Assembly (NCBI GenBank): GCA_038087875.1
Contig: CM075988.1
Span: 24,616,001-24,680,000 of the forward strand
Origin: Malacoraja senta
Taxonomy: Eukaryota
DNA length: 64,000 nt
Direction: 5' to 3'
Shown here: positions 47,961-61,794 of the stretch, piece by piece
Layout of the letters: each line of letters opens with the position of its first letter
Numbering within the stretch: position 1 is the stretch's first letter
The notes under the pieces: generated by a model
Told to the model about the DNA's origin: nothing
Databases searched by the model: none
Seen by the model: only the letters and a program-made list of their open reading frames with translations
Position numbers and translations under genes: made by a program

Positions 47961-49930
47961 AGTGTTAGGGGTCACAGACTGTTGAGGCAAAATTCTCGTA
48001 TAACAGTGTTAACCAGTCAGTGGAAACACTATGCACAACTCCAATCGAGCCATCCACAGTGTACAGATACAATCCGCAGTGTAGAAACGGAACTTTACGA
48101 TTTCTTAAAGTTCAGAACCTCATACGTGGCACAAGGCAGCAATTCCTGTCCTATTCCACATTACTGATTCATGGATAACCATGGCATCTCAAAGCATTAG
48201 AGAGATAACACTAATCATTCAAATCCACTGGTGGGATAAGTGTCCCAACATCAACATGCTTTCCCATTAGAACATCCCCAACATTGAAGCCCCAATTATA
48301 CGCAGTCATCTCTGACAGGTAGTTTCCTCATGTGTGAATGTCAGATATCTGAAACAGATATTCTATTCTGAGCTTTGGAAGAAGATTCATCGATGCTTAA
48401 AAAATTGTAATTTTCCCATTGACTCATGGAAATGCTTGACCCATGACCATTCAGACAGATATATGGAAAGGAAGGGTTGAGAAGGATATGGGTCAAATGC
48501 AAACAAATTGGACTAGTCCAGAATGCCATTTAAGTCAGTATGGCAAGGAGCCAAAGAGTCTGTTTCCATGCTCTATGACTCCAAAAAGGGAAGGAACATT
48601 TTTGGTCACATTGAGAACCTTGAGTTCTTCCTCTGGAGCACAAATTCTGATATAAATGGCTGAAATTGCCCAGACTATCCACATTTCTGACCAGTCCCTC
48701 AACTTTTGCCGCCTGTGGAAAATCCCCACATTATTCCATTAATTCCCTCAAAACCCAGAGTCCGAGCGGGCACAAATCATCCTCAGTTCCAGGAGGCTGC
48801 CAGCCCCAATCCCATCTTCTGGTAGGGTTAGTTCAACTATATTTTAACCCTCTCATTCCACACTCTGATGATGTATTTTAAAGCCACCTTGGTGAGAGAC
48901 ATGGATCGGGAAATCATCAAGGTTCTATTGAGTGAGATTTAAAACCAGTAAAATGCAGGAGATATTCAGCAGGTCTGGTAACATTTGTGGATAAAGATGC
49001 AATAATTAATATTTCATGTTGACCCTCTTTCAATAGGACTGAGAAAGATTGGAAATGAAACATGTTTGAAGTTGAAGGGAAAGATGTGAAGAGAACAAAG
49101 TGAATATCTGTGATAGGGTGAAGACTAAAAGAGACTGCATGACACAATTGGTGGTGGGGTGGCTGAGGGAGGATGGTGAGAACCTTTAATCAAAGCAGAT
49201 CTGTCCAGAGGTAAGGTCAAAAATGAAAGGAAACAGCGGAGGGTGAAAAACATTGGTGCAAATGTAGGATATAATGTATCCACACATGCTAAACATCTGA
49301 AGTAGAAACAGAATGTTGGAAATAGTGGAAGAGGGAGTGAGGGGAGGTGATCAAATATAAATTGTTCATCTCTTCACAAATACTGCCTCACATGAATATG
49401 TCCAAAGAAAGGCACAAAAAGCTGGAGTAACTCAGCAGGTCAGACAGCATCTCTGGAGAATAGGAATAGGTGATGTCTCGGGACGAGACCCTTCTTCAGA
49501 CTCGACCCGAAATGTCACCTATTCCTTTTCTCCTGAAATGCTGCCTGACCAGGCGAGTTACTCCAGCATTCTGTGTCTATCTTTGTTGTAAACCATCATC
49601 TGCAGTTCCTTTATACACATTTTCTGCCTTTGTTACTGATAAATGGGATGTTTGTTAGTTAATTCATGACAGGACGAGTGATTGGGGCTAATTCCACGTT
49701 GACATCACAAATTCTTCCCAATACTTTAAGATTGAGTGAAATCAAAATAAAATTTGTTTTGGAGGATTGTCTGGGATCAGTTCTCACTAATGATTGCAGT
49801 ATCTTGTCCATTGTTCTGTTGGGTGACAACAGGATATAATTCATTACTAAACCTGTCCTACATAATAGCATTCTTTCCTGCTTTACAAGGTCCTTAATAC
49901 CATGGTCTGGATCTAATCTGTATCAAATCG

Positions 49931-50772
49931 AAGGGGGCGCTGTCCTGTGTGCGGCTGCCCAGCCAGCAGCTGTCTGTCCTTTCATCTTTTATTTTTTTAT
50001 TTTAGTTAGTTAAGTGGTTTGTTTGGAGGTCTAGACTTTTTTGTGTGGGGGGGGGGGGGAAGGGGGAAACTACCTTTCAGGGTCCCTACCTGGCCGGAGA
50101 GGCAGCTTTTCTCCGGGCTGCAGCTTCGACCCGTCCTCGTGGCCTACCAGCGGGCCTGGAGCGGCGTTTCCTGTCGGGGACCGCCCAGAACCTCGGCTTC
50201 GGCGGCAGCACAGCGCTGGAGCGCTATTGCGGAGCGGGCGATGCCTTGCCCGGTTCGCCGCACTGGAGCTCCGGTGAGCTGAGGATCGCTGGGGAAAACA
50301 TCGTGGAGCTGCGGGACTGTGGAGCGACCAGCTGCGGGCGGCGGCGCTGAACTTTACACCGGGAGCCTGGGATCTCTAGATGAGATCGCCAGGGAGCTCC
50401 AACCGGCGCGGCCTTGTTGGCTTCGGAAGCCGCGGCCCCCAGTGCGGAAGCGGCCGTTCCAGGGTTCCCAGGCCGCTGGGAGGACTCTCCCGACGCCGGA
50501 GTAACATCACCCGGCGAGAACGGCCTGCAACATCGGGCCTCCGTAGAGGCAACTGTGGAGGCCTCAATGGGCCCGACTATGGGTGAACTGGGGTTGGGGA
50601 CTGGACTTTGTGCCTTCCCTCATGGTGGGAGCCATTGTGTGGGGATGTTCAGTGTTAAGACTATCTTGGTGTTATTCTCTTTTTTGTGTGCTGCATAATG
50701 GCAAAAAGCATTTCACTTCACTACACCTGGGTGTATGTGAATGTGACTAATTTAAAAAAAATACCTTGAACC
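49931..50772 (+). mobile_element. GC-rich non-autonomous retroposon, apparently full length
   Basis: Head ggggcgctgtcc...ggctgcccagccagcagctgtctgtcc, CpG-rich body, tail aaagcatttcac...gtgtatgtgaatgtgactaat; same head/tail plan as 53150-53853. Confidence 0.65.
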
Positions 50773-51484
50773 TAATCTTTTGGTCATCTGTTCCAGTATT
50801 ACTTACATAGTTAAGCAGCAAATGCACTAAAGCACTGTTTTGGAATTACTTAACTAGGTTACTGCAGTGCACAAAATGCACAAATGCAAGCTATTGTTAC
50901 CAAATGTACAAAATGAGCTTGAAATAAAATAATTATGTTTTTAGTGTCTTAAAGAAGAAAGAAGCCAAGAGGTTCAGGGAGTGAATTTCATTTTAAAATC
51001 TAGGCAGCTGAAAGCTTAGTTCACATGATTGCTGTCCAATTAAGTCAGTTCAGGAGGAGGCAACACTCTGTAACATTTTACACCAAGTAAATTGATTGAA
51101 CCAATTCACAATGTGATGACACCATTAGGCTCCTAAAGAACTATTTACGAGACTTGGTGCCAAACTTTCTTTGATTATCACTGCTGTGAAACAATTTTAG
51201 CTATTTCACTGAATTAAAGGGACAATATAAATCCTAGCTGAATGTCAGTATCAGTATGCTATTTCAGCATTGAAAGCTTTTCCACTCATCCAGATTAAAC
51301 TAATTCAGCGCCACAAACGTTAGGAATTACACATTCAACCTTCTAGTTTGATGGGCTCCTTGTCACATGGAGACGGACTCATTCGCAACAAGGACTGTTT
51401 TTGTCTCCACCTTTTTCATTACATTTGTTTTCAAATTTTAGAATTTAAAAAAAGTTGTCCACTCAAGTTTTCATTGGTTGTCAT

Positions 51485-52080
51485 TGGAAATATAGAAACA
51501 CAGAAAATAGGCAGGAGGAGGCCATTTGGCCCTTCGAGCCAGCACTATCATTCATTGTGATCATGGCTGATCATCCCCAATCAATAACCCGTGCCTGCCT
51601 TCTCCCCATATCCCTTGATCCGCTAGCCCCTAGAGCTCTATCTAACTCTCTTTTAAATTCATCCAGTGATTTGGCCTCCACTGCCTTCTGTGGCAGAGAA
51701 TTCCACAAATTCACAACTCTCTGTGTGAAAAAGTTTCTCATTTCAGTTTTAAATGGCCTCCCCTTTATTCTTAGACTGTGGCCCCTGGTTCTGGACTCCA
51801 ACATTGGGAACTTTTTTCCTGCATCTAGCTTGTCCAGTCCCTTTATAATTGTATATGTTTCTATAAGAGTCCCTCTCATCCTTCTAAATTCCAGTGAATA
51901 CAAGTCTTTCCAATCTTTCCTCATATGACAGTCCCGCCATCTCGGGGATTAACCTCGTGAACCTACGCTGCACTGTCTCAATAGCAAGGATGTCCTTCCT
52001 CAATTGAAGAGACCAAAACTGCACATAATACTCCAGATGTGGTCTCACCAGGGCCCTATACAACTGCAGAAGGACCTCTA
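51485..52080 (-). mobile_element. CR1/HER1 3' fragment
   Basis: LLQLYRALVRPHLEYYVQFWS...VQRRFTRLIPEMAGLSYEERL and the YSLEFRRMRG...WNSLP frame. Confidence 0.93.
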
Positions 52081-52505
52081 TACTCATACCATTGTCTGGT
52101 ATTGGGGTGTTTTATTGGTCTGAGATATGAAAAATGATTTAAGTTTGCCTCAAACAATTTTTAGATTCAATTAGTGAATTTCCTGATTCCAGGAGCTGCA
52201 AAGCCAAGAACGATCTTTGCTAAATTGTTCATTGCAGAAATGACTCAGTGAACATACTTGGCCAATAAACTTATTCTTTCATTCAATTTGGAGCAAATGA
52301 ACTGTCGATCCCAGAAATCCAAAACAAAACACAGGAAATGCTAGAAGCAGGTCAGACAAAATTTGTGGAGAGAAAAAGAGTAAAAAAAGAGAAAATGTTT
52401 TAAGTCAAGGACCCTTCATCAGAGGGAAAAAAATTAAAAACAGGCTTTGCTGTTTTCTCTGTCCCTGGAGGGATAGAGAAAACAGAGGGAATATCTGTAG
52501 ATTAA

Positions 52506-52625
52506 TGGGCCTGGCCCACTGTACGGACTAATTCAAGAGTTCTACCGAGTTCCCCTGATTTGAACTCGGAGAATTACGGTAATAGCCGCTGGTAGGTACT
52601 CGGGGCTCACGTGGACATTTTTCAA
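52506..52625. mobile_element. Truncated PIF/Harbinger MITE related to 23485-23810
   Basis: taa|tgggcctggcccactgtacg...gaactcggagaattacggtaatagccgct...tactcggggctcacgtggacatttttcaa is the reverse complement of the right arm of 23485-23810. Confidence 0.8.
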
Positions 52626-53149
52626 TTAGTTTGGATGTCTTTGGGATAGTGTAAAATGTCAAGGTGAGCAAAAATGTGGATTTTGTATCAATTATATATA
52701 ACTAATGTAGGTTAGTGAGAGTGGAACTAGTGTCTACATAATAATCAACAATACTGCTGGTGTCAAGTAGTTCTTCAAAGGGAAAGTGACCACTTAAACA
52801 TTAATTTACATTGTTCAGCATTGTAAAATAGTGCCATCTTTATTACATGTGGATAAATTATAGGTTGTCATTTGCTGAGCAATAAAACTCCAACACAATC
52901 TCTTTACAAACAGACTCAGTTGGTGACAGAAATCAAAAGCTCATTTTACAAATCAGTGCTGCAAGATGTGCTTTTGTATGTAAAATAAGTTTCAGTTGTA
53001 AATACCATTGTCAGCTTATTTGAGACTGTCAGTGTGTTTAATATACACTGAACCAAAGTCCAATTACTCAGGCGCACAATCACTAAGTGCAGTGAGATCT
53101 AAATGTACTATAATAATAGTGCAGGAATCACAGCAACTTGCATTTATAT

Positions 53150-53853
53150 AAGTTCATGTTCAAGTTCGCGTTTATTATCACTTAACCAACTAAAGTACAG
53201 TGAAATTTGAGTTACCATACAGCCACATTAAGTGAAAAGCAACTAGACCATTTGACACAATTTAACATAGACATCCACCACAGTGGAATCCACATTCCTC
53301 ACTGTGATGGAAGGCAATAAAGTTCAGTCATCCCCCTCCTTTGTTCACCCGTGGTGGTCAACGCTTTTGATCCATCAGCAGTCGCTGCTGCCGACGGTTC
53401 GAGGTCCGAAGCCCTCGCGTCGGGATGTTGGAAACTCCGGCGTCGGGGCAGATTGGATCACTCCGCGGCATGGAGCTCCCGAGTCACGGTGTTAAAGTCC
53501 ACAGGCCCCTCGATCAGAGCGCGTTCGCTGGCGATCCTCGGCAAAATATCGCCCGCTCCACGATGGTAAATCTGCTCCGCGCCCGCGGCTTGAAGCTCTG
53601 GGCCGGTCTCCAGGAAAGGCCGCACCAATCCAAGTTGTTAGACCGCAGGTGGGGACGGAGATGCGACGCGTAAAAAAATCATATCTCTGTCGAGGTAATT
53701 GGCTGAAAAAAGTTTCCCACGACTTCCCCTCCCCACATAAAACATACCAAGAAACACTAAAACATACCCTTAAGACACATTCAAAATAACAAAATCAGGG
53801 AAGGGACACGACAAGCTGCTGGCGTGGCGGCCATTATGGGCGCCACCCGGTGG
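53150..53853 (-). mobile_element. GC-rich non-autonomous retroposon
   Basis: Minus head ggtggcgcccataatggccgccacgccagcagcttgtc; tail ggtaactcaaatttcactgtactttagttgg...taataaa(cttgaa)n; the same tail occurs alone at 33095-33175 and 15260-15305. Confidence 0.65.
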
Positions 53854-53894
53854 TGATGTCTTTAACTTAGTAAAAATATTGCAAGGTGTTTAAA

Positions 53895-54215
53895 AGCATT
53901 TGACAGCACTCGGCCTCCACTCGCTGATGTTTTGAAGAATGAGGGGTGGACCTCTTTGAAACTTACAGAATAATGAAAAGCATAGATAGAGTGGATGTGG
54001 AAAGGATGTTTCCACTGGTGGGAGAGTCTAGGACTAGAGGTCAGCCTCAGAATTAAAGGACGCTCTTTTAGAAAGGAGGTGAGGAGGAACTTCTTTAGTC
54101 AGAGGGTAGTTAATCCGTGGATAGTTCATCATTGGTAGTTAATGTAGTTAGCTATGTAATGTGGGGTAGTTAATCATTGCCACAGAGGGCCGAATGGCCT
54201 AATTCTACTCCTACA
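53895..54215 (+). mobile_element. CR1 3' fragment
   Basis: gaaacttacagaataatgaaaagcatagatagagtggatgtggaaaggatgtttccactggtgggagagtctagg. Confidence 0.88.
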
Positions 54216-56604
54216 ACTTGTAAACTTGTAAACACAATTTGGAACAACTTCACATTGGGATATATTAAGTTAAATAAATGGAGGAAAACTGGATAAGGTG
54301 CAGAAAAAACAAGATATAAAATTAGATGTGGACCATTCAGGGCTGATAACAATACCTCTTTAAAACAAAGGGTGGAAAATCTGAAACAGTTGCCCCTATA
54401 CCCACCCCCAAAACAAACTATTCAGGTTGGGGAGAAATGAGCTGAACATGTCAATACTCAGGATATTGATTTTTCGCTGAGCTGATAGAGTATGAGTTTC
54501 AGTAGTAAGCCCAGTGGAACGAAGATACAGATTGACCTGGCATTAATTGCAGAATGATCTCAAGGGATGAATGACCTATTCACATTTCTGCTTGCACTAG
54601 AGTGGAGCGGCAACGCTGTGACTGGTAGGTATATCTTAAACCATCAAGTCTCCTCAAGATTCTCTTGGAGGGTGGAACCACGTAACACTGAGAAAACAAG
54701 ACGCTACTGACAATTAAAGACGTGTTCATGCAGCATAGCAAGGCATCCCGGATCTAATTCATATAATGATTCAAGACAGGCTTCTAAAACAGCAAGCAGC
54801 AGATAGTCTCACTCTGAGAGATGAAGGTTGCCGCAGGTGGATAATTTCACATACACACAAAAAGCAGGTCTCGATCGCTGAAAAATCTTTTGTTAACCTG
54901 CAGATCACGCCGACCATCGATCACCCGTGCACATTATTACTCCTACATACTAGGGGGCAATTTACAGAAGCCAATTAACCCACAAGCCTGTATATCTTTG
55001 GATTGTGGTTGGAAACTGTAGCACTATGAGAAAACCCACATACAGCACCCGCAGTCAGGATCCACAGTATTGACAGCAATATTGGATTTATTCTTAACTC
55101 TAACACGAATAAAATAAGAAGCCACTTTGAAGCAATGGAAAATTAGGGGTTTAGTGATCATACTGGAATTAATTTTAAAGAGATGAGCACTGAGTGAATG
55201 ATTAAACAAAATGGAAAGGCAGACTTGTGTTTAGATTTTTTTTCACAATATGCCAATGTGCTTTAGTGTGTTAAATACTTTTGAAGTATAGTCACAGATG
55301 TGATGTAGGAAATGTGACAGTCAATTTGCGCACAGCAATCTACCACAAACAGAAGTGTGATAACGACCAGATAATTGCCTAGAATGCAATTGCATATGGC
55401 TGTTTTCCTCAGCATCATGCAACTGAAAATCATTTTTTTCTAGAGTGTAACATGATTAACAATCTTTTTCTGGTTATTTCATGTCACACCAGAAATTCAA
55501 GTAGACAGCTTTGAGCTTGTGTCACCTTTGCAACCATTCTGAGATTTCTATATGTAATGCTCCATTTGAAGCATCACTGGGGAATTTGGACCATGTTGTC
55601 CCAGGAGTGGCCATTACTGGATATCCATAGTTTTTCCCAACATGGCATCAGACTGGGACAACTGGCAGATGAGTGAATTACTTATCTTCATTCTCTATTA
55701 GCAGCTGCCCATCCACTGAAACCATCACAATCCCTTCCCTACACCATCGCAGCCTCACAGCCTCTTTCTGCTCCTCTGCTCCCTCAAGACAGCCCACCCC
55801 ACTCCACCTTCTTAATTCCTGCAGTTTCCAAACAGCAAAACTCCAAAGCTGCCATCCCTATCCTGCTGCATCATCCTCCAAATCCAGTGTTGGCTAGCAC
55901 TTCATCGATGCCAGAGCTGTACAACATTGACACAAGTGAGTTCTGGAACAGTGGGGCACACAAAAACAGTTGTAAAAGCAGGAAATGATGGAAACACTCA
56001 GCATGTCATGCAGCACTGGTGGGAAGCGAAACAGTTAATGTTTCGGGTCACAAACCCTTCAACAGCATTACAATTGTTCCTCCCGACTTCTGTGTTAATT
56101 TACCCACATTAGTAACTCAAAGCAATTCTGTTTTAGTGATGTTAAAAGGGAGATGAATATTGTCCAAGACACTGGGTAACTGCTTGCTCTTATTCAATAC
56201 GGAGGATTCATATCTATCTCAAAGACTTTGTATGAACATTTCTTCTTAAAGACTGGAATCTAACGCTACAGTGAATCCTCAGTAGTACACGGTCTCATCT
56301 GTCAAGATATCTGAGATTAGTTCTCAAAAGTTGAAACTGAGCGTTTCAAATACTTTCCGACTATCAAATGGACTACCATACGAGCCAAAGCTGAGATTTT
56401 GAATATAAAGGATTAACATTGGAGTAATTTGTTCATTCGGAGGATGCATTAGGACTCTTTTTTTGAAATAATTAAAGGTCATGGACACATGGGTGAGACT
56501 AGGGATTTAACATAATTGATGCCATCCTTTGACATTACTGCAAATGAATAACTTGTATTTCACAAGATATGCACCCATGATAGATAATTATTATTAGGCT
56601 AGAT

Positions 56605-56836
56605 TGGTTTAGTTTAGTTTCGAGATACAGCGTGGAAACAGTCCACCGAGTTCACGCCGAGCATCGATCACCCATTACTCCGACATACTAGGGGGCAATT
56701 TACAGAAGCCAATTAATCTACAAGACTGCATGTCTTTGGATTGTGGTTGGAAACTGTAGCACTAAGAGATAACCCACATACAGCACCTGCAGTCAGGATT
56801 GAACTGTGAGGCAGCAGTTCTACCACTGTGCCACCC
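56605..56836 (-). mobile_element. V-SINE with internal deletions; sister fragment at 54905-55060
   Basis: (AAACT)n tail, gccaattaatctacaag...tttggattgtgg body, gcagcagttctaccactgtgccaccc head. Confidence 0.8.
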
Positions 56837-59055
56837 TGTTCCTGGTTAAAGTCAGGAACAGATGATGGCGAAGGAGAAGGTTTTGGAGTGGTGCCATTTT
56901 GGTTTATGGTTGGTTAGAACAATAACTAAGTTAACAGAAAAGTAATTAAAGCCATAAAACACAAGAACAATGCAGTCAGCAGAGAAATATTAAAACTGTT
57001 AGTTCATTTTTTGCATATGGCCAATGGAGCATAAAAAAATTATGGAGAAACCTGAAGGCAAGTTATTAAACAACAGATGGAGAATCCCATAAGGAGAAGA
57101 GACAATATTGGATCTAAAATCTAAAGCAAATTTGGACAAATCTTTAACTCAGCAAGTGGTGATACTATGAATTACACTGCCTGGATAGTCAATGGCAAAC
57201 TCGAAAGCATTTTGATATATATATATATATAAATTTAGAGTGATGGAGAGAGCAGGACTAATTGGATAGCTCTTTTAGGCACAGGAATAATGGGCCAAAT
57301 GGCCTTCTGTTGTGCTGATTGATTATGGCTTGTGTTGAGAAAGGTGATCATGCAGCAGCATAACTTAAATCAAATTGCCTTTAGAAATTTGATTATCTCA
57401 TGCTTTCATTTTGCATAACATTATACCAGAGGGCCATATGTCTGTATGGAGAATTTGGTGTTATGAGGAAAGAACACAAAGAGAAGGATAGAATAGTAAG
57501 CTATATAAATGCCCAAGAGTGCATAACATTTATAAATTTTTCAGATGAGAAGTGGATATTTGAAAAAGATGAGCAGTTTGGTTGATCAATGACCATGCTT
57601 CTTAAACTATTTCAGTGTCATTCACTCTTGAGTCTTTATCACAGAATTTCATTCACCCTCGACTAAATTTTCTAATGTTTTTTGGTAATTTGTCTTATTC
57701 TCCCTTGTGTATAATTTTATATATATTTTATTTTGTCATGTGAGCAAAAAAACATAAATTAACTAATTTCTTAAATGTTTATTTTATTCAACTTTTTGAA
57801 CATCCTAAAAATATGTAAAGAAAACTAGAGTTGGAAATTCATTCTATTAGAATGATAAAAAAAACATTCCAATGTCTAAACTGGGCTTCACCCCATCCTA
57901 CCCTTTCGGGCTTTGATTACTGCAGTTTTTTTCTTGGAAAACTAGCTCTAAAAGCCATGGAGTATGTGATTTAATATATTAGTATCCAACTAATATAACT
58001 TTCGATAACGCTCCCTGACAAAAGCTCACAATACCACCAAATATCAACGCCATATTTGGTATACTCTCCAGAAGCTGGCTCTGCCAAATTCAGATATAAT
58101 TTAAAAGTTGTGCATGTGTACTGACATGTCTGCAGCAGCGGTGGTGTAACCAGCATTACCAAATCAAACTCACAAAATACTGAAGTCGCTAGAATAGAAA
58201 ATGCAGAATATCACAAGAAAATGGCACACTCTAACTTTAGATTGCCTACAAGCGGGGCTTAAATCTCCTTAATATAGCTAGAATTCATGTTGCTTGATGC
58301 AAATAAGTGCTGGTAGATTAAAGTACAGTAAATATATATAGAATTCTAGTTCTAGCAGAAAAGTAGCTAAATTAGCAACACAAAGTAAAGTTTTTTACAG
58401 TTCAACAGTAGCCTACAGCGATCCTCCAGTGTTGCCATTTATAAATTTATGATCCCACTAGCTCGTCTGGTCTTCCTTAAAAGGTTATATTACAGTAAAT
58501 TTGGGAAATATCCTGCTACTTTGAAATTAGAAAGCTCCACTGCCATTAAAACCAGTAAGAGCTAATTAACCACTTTAATGGCAATGCCTTAATGTAAAGA
58601 AAATTATATATATATCTGAATAAATTAAGTAATTCACCCTTCATTCACCCCTCTAGTTTAATTCACCCAAAAATAATTTCATTCTGAACCATTCACCAGT
58701 TTAAGAAGCACTGATCTATGAGAAGGGATGTTTATCTCGCCTGTTTACCTTTTTTGTTTCTAAAAACGACTGTAGCTGATGCCAGGTTTTAATGTATTCC
58801 TTTCCCCAGTATTTTACTGCAGAAACCAGCCCACTGAAATTACTAAAAATCTGTGGTAAAATAAATAGCAGACAGTATAATGTAGTACAACTATATTAAG
58901 CAGTTGATTAGTGCCAATGCTAAATCATTCTAGGCCATTATGCATGTCTCTTGAGATCTTTCTAACACAAGTATCCTGAAAACACACTAAGGTAGCATGT
59001 AAAATACAATTCTGAAAAATTGCTGTAACTATAGTTGAAATTATTTTATTTGTCA

Positions 59056-60405
59056 CTAGACCGAGTGCAAACCCGTTGGGTCTGCTCCCCCAATGCAAGA
59101 TTCCACCACTCACCCGTTCCCCCAACACAAGCGCACCTCCTCTTCACCCTCCCTCTTCAATCTCTAGAGAGGGAGGGGCAGTAAGGATGGGGGTAGAGAG
59201 GGAGGGGGGGGGGCAGAGAGGGAGGGGGGGCAGAGAGGGAGGGGGGGCAGAGAGGGAGGGGGGCAGAGAGGGAGGGGGGCAGAGAGGGAGGGGGGGCAGA
59301 GAGGGAGGGGGGGCAGAGAGGGAGGGGGGGCAGAGAGGGAGGGGGGGCAGAGAGGGAGGGGGGGCAGAGAGGGAGGGGGGGCAGAGAGGGAGGGGGGGCA
59401 GAGAGGGAGGGGGGGCAGAGAGGGAGGGGGGGCAGAGAGGGAGGGGGGGCAGAGAGGGAGGGGGGGCAGAGAGGGAGGGGGGGCAGAGAGGGAGGGGGGG
59501 CAGAGAGGGAGGGGGGGCAGAGAGGGAGGGGGGGCAGAGAGGGAGGGGGGGCAGAGAGGGAGGGGGGGCAGAGAGGGAGGGGGGGCAGAGAGGGAGGGGG
59601 GCAGAGAGGGAGGGGGGGCAGAGAGGGAGGGGGGGCAGAGAGGGAGGGGGGGCAGAGAGGGAGGGGGGGCAGAGAGGGAGGGGGGGCAGAGTGGGAGGGG
59701 GGGCAGAGAGGGAGGGGGCAGAGAGGGAGGGGGGCAGAGAGGGAGGGGGATAGAGATGGTGAGAATGAGGGTAAATAGGGAGGGGGCATCTCCCTCCTCC
59801 ACCCCCGTTCCCTGCTCCAGCACCTACCCAGGTCGCAGAGCAGTGCCAGGGCCTGGAACTCGGCCTGGTTCTCGTATTCGGCCGGCCCCCGTCAACTCGG
59901 CCACCGCCTGGGCTCCAGTCCAGGCGCCGACTTCATCGCCGGGCTCGTCCCTGACCCCGGAACCAGGCTCGTCCTTGGTTCCAGCAGCGGCTTCTTTTTC
60001 GGCATTGGTCACGGCCCCATCCCAAGCCCCGGCCCTCACTCCAGCTCCATCCTCCCCGTCGGGCGTCGGCAGCCGCCGCCACGCCTCGTTCACTGCGAGC
60101 GCTGGTGTGCCCCTCCCTCCCGGAGTGTCCCGCCCTGCCTTGCGAGTGCATTGTGACGTCACTGGATTTTCCCCCTGAAATTAGTGAGTTTTCGGGCTGT
60201 TTTAAAACTTTAAACTATTATTAAGGTGGGACATATAGGTGGGAATGCGACGGGAAGATGTTTATCATCTCAACGGGGGAAATGTGAGTAGGATACGTGA
60301 AAATGGGAAGGCTGTGGCCCAGCGTTTGGAAGAAGATAGAAAAAGTAGATTGACACATCATCGGCACAAACACAAACAATGGGAAGAGTTTTAGTAATAT
60401 AGAGA
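59056..60405 (-). mobile_element. Non-autonomous Helitron (1350 bp)
   Basis: Minus strand reads A|TCTCTATATTACTAAAACTC ... GCAGACCCaacGGGTTTGC (hairpin, 59067-59085) actcggtCTAG|T: 5' TC, subterminal hairpin, 3' CTAG, AT target, no TSD. Confidence 0.85.
59194..59750 (+). repeat. G-rich minisatellite (GAGAGGGAGGGGGGGCA)n, 17-bp unit, about 33 copies
   Basis: Directly visible near-perfect tandem array; explains the GR/PLC low-complexity ORFs. Confidence 0.97.
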
Positions 60406-61794
60406 TTATATCCATCTAATTTAATTATTACATAACATGAACCTAATTTCCAATTAGGTCAGCGGGTAAAGAATTTTCCTCACTCTGAGCTGTAAACTTT
60501 TACCAGGAGCCAGTCACTCTTCCACGTGAGATAAAGGTTCACATGCTTTTCTTCCAACATCATTAGTATTCCAAACTCTTGTATGTACATGCACATAAAT
60601 TTGGCGTTTGTAGGCTGGGAGGATCTGTAATGAAGGCCTAAAGTGAGCAAATCCATGGACTACAAACCAGAACTGGATCAAAGAGTTGGATTTGCTCAGT
60701 CCTTCAGGCCATCATTCCAAGTCCACCCAGTATACAAAATGCCCAATTTATGTGTAGCAGTCTTGAATTCTCCTAACAAGAACATTCTTTCATTTCATCA
60801 GTGTTGTCCTTTTGCTGTCCAAACTAGACCCACCTCACAATTACAACTTCACAACATATAAAATTGCATAAAATCTGCAGCACAGTAGATCCACTCAGTT
60901 GATCAAAGGGATTAAGTTAGCCCACTGTGCATTTGATTGTTAATCCAAAATTTAGACGATCTTGGAATAGAGAATGATGATAAAAGAGCATTTTTAGATA
61001 TCATAAAGTATGATTTATAAAATGTGATTGCCCAAAAGTCATAAACCAGATTACAATTCTTTTCTGTTCAAAAAGTCGAAGGCAGCTTTTGAAGGTGATG
61101 AGATGTCATGTCCCAATAGGAACATTTCTTCAACTTTTTAAACTAAGGTCTGACGTTAAACATTGGAAATGCTATCGGTAACTTTCCATGGTCCTCTGGG
61201 TCAGAGCAGCTGCAATGTAACAGACCATCCTTTCATAATAGGAAAGGTCACTGTGACACCTGACAGAATATTCCACACAGTAAAACAAATTAAATTCTGT
61301 GACACCCGTTGTTCAGATGATGGATCTCACTTCTGAGTTACAAAACTGAGGTTCAGTCCCATTTTGCTGCTTAGTTAGAAGATCTTTCTTTTGGATGAGA
61401 TTTTAAACAAATCACAATTTAAAAAAATCCTATGGCTAAAGAGTCCTATGCGGGAGCGAAACTCTGTGCAGGATCTGTGTTGCTAAATGTGGTGGGTGGA
61501 TGGGTACTTTGGGAAGTTGTATGCTTGAGAATGGTGTCCACATGCTCCCATTGCCAAAATTCAAAATGATCAGTGTCCTTTCTCTTTTGCCATTTTGCAT
61601 GGAAACACAATGTGCGGGTGAGGATATTACATACCTGTATTTTCACAAAGATTGAGAATGTCCTGGGGAAATATTCTCTGGTCCTCCTGGAAATGTCTTC
61701 CTGTGACCTAAAGAGTATTTGGGGATAGCCTGTCACAATCTTTATGACCAGAATTTGCATGAATCACTGGGTCAGTGGATATCAAGGACTTGCA

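Noticed and set aside
50019..50698. Cluster of ORFs and CpG island suggesting a gene start
   Set aside because: Lies wholly inside a retroposon with defined head and tail.
59076..59823. Three 210-225 aa Gly/Arg- or Pro-rich ORFs
   Set aside because: They are translations of the 17-bp minisatellite.
61090..61160. C/D box snoRNA (GTGATGA...CTGA)
   Set aside because: Weak terminal stem, no recognisable rRNA antisense element and no evident host-gene context.
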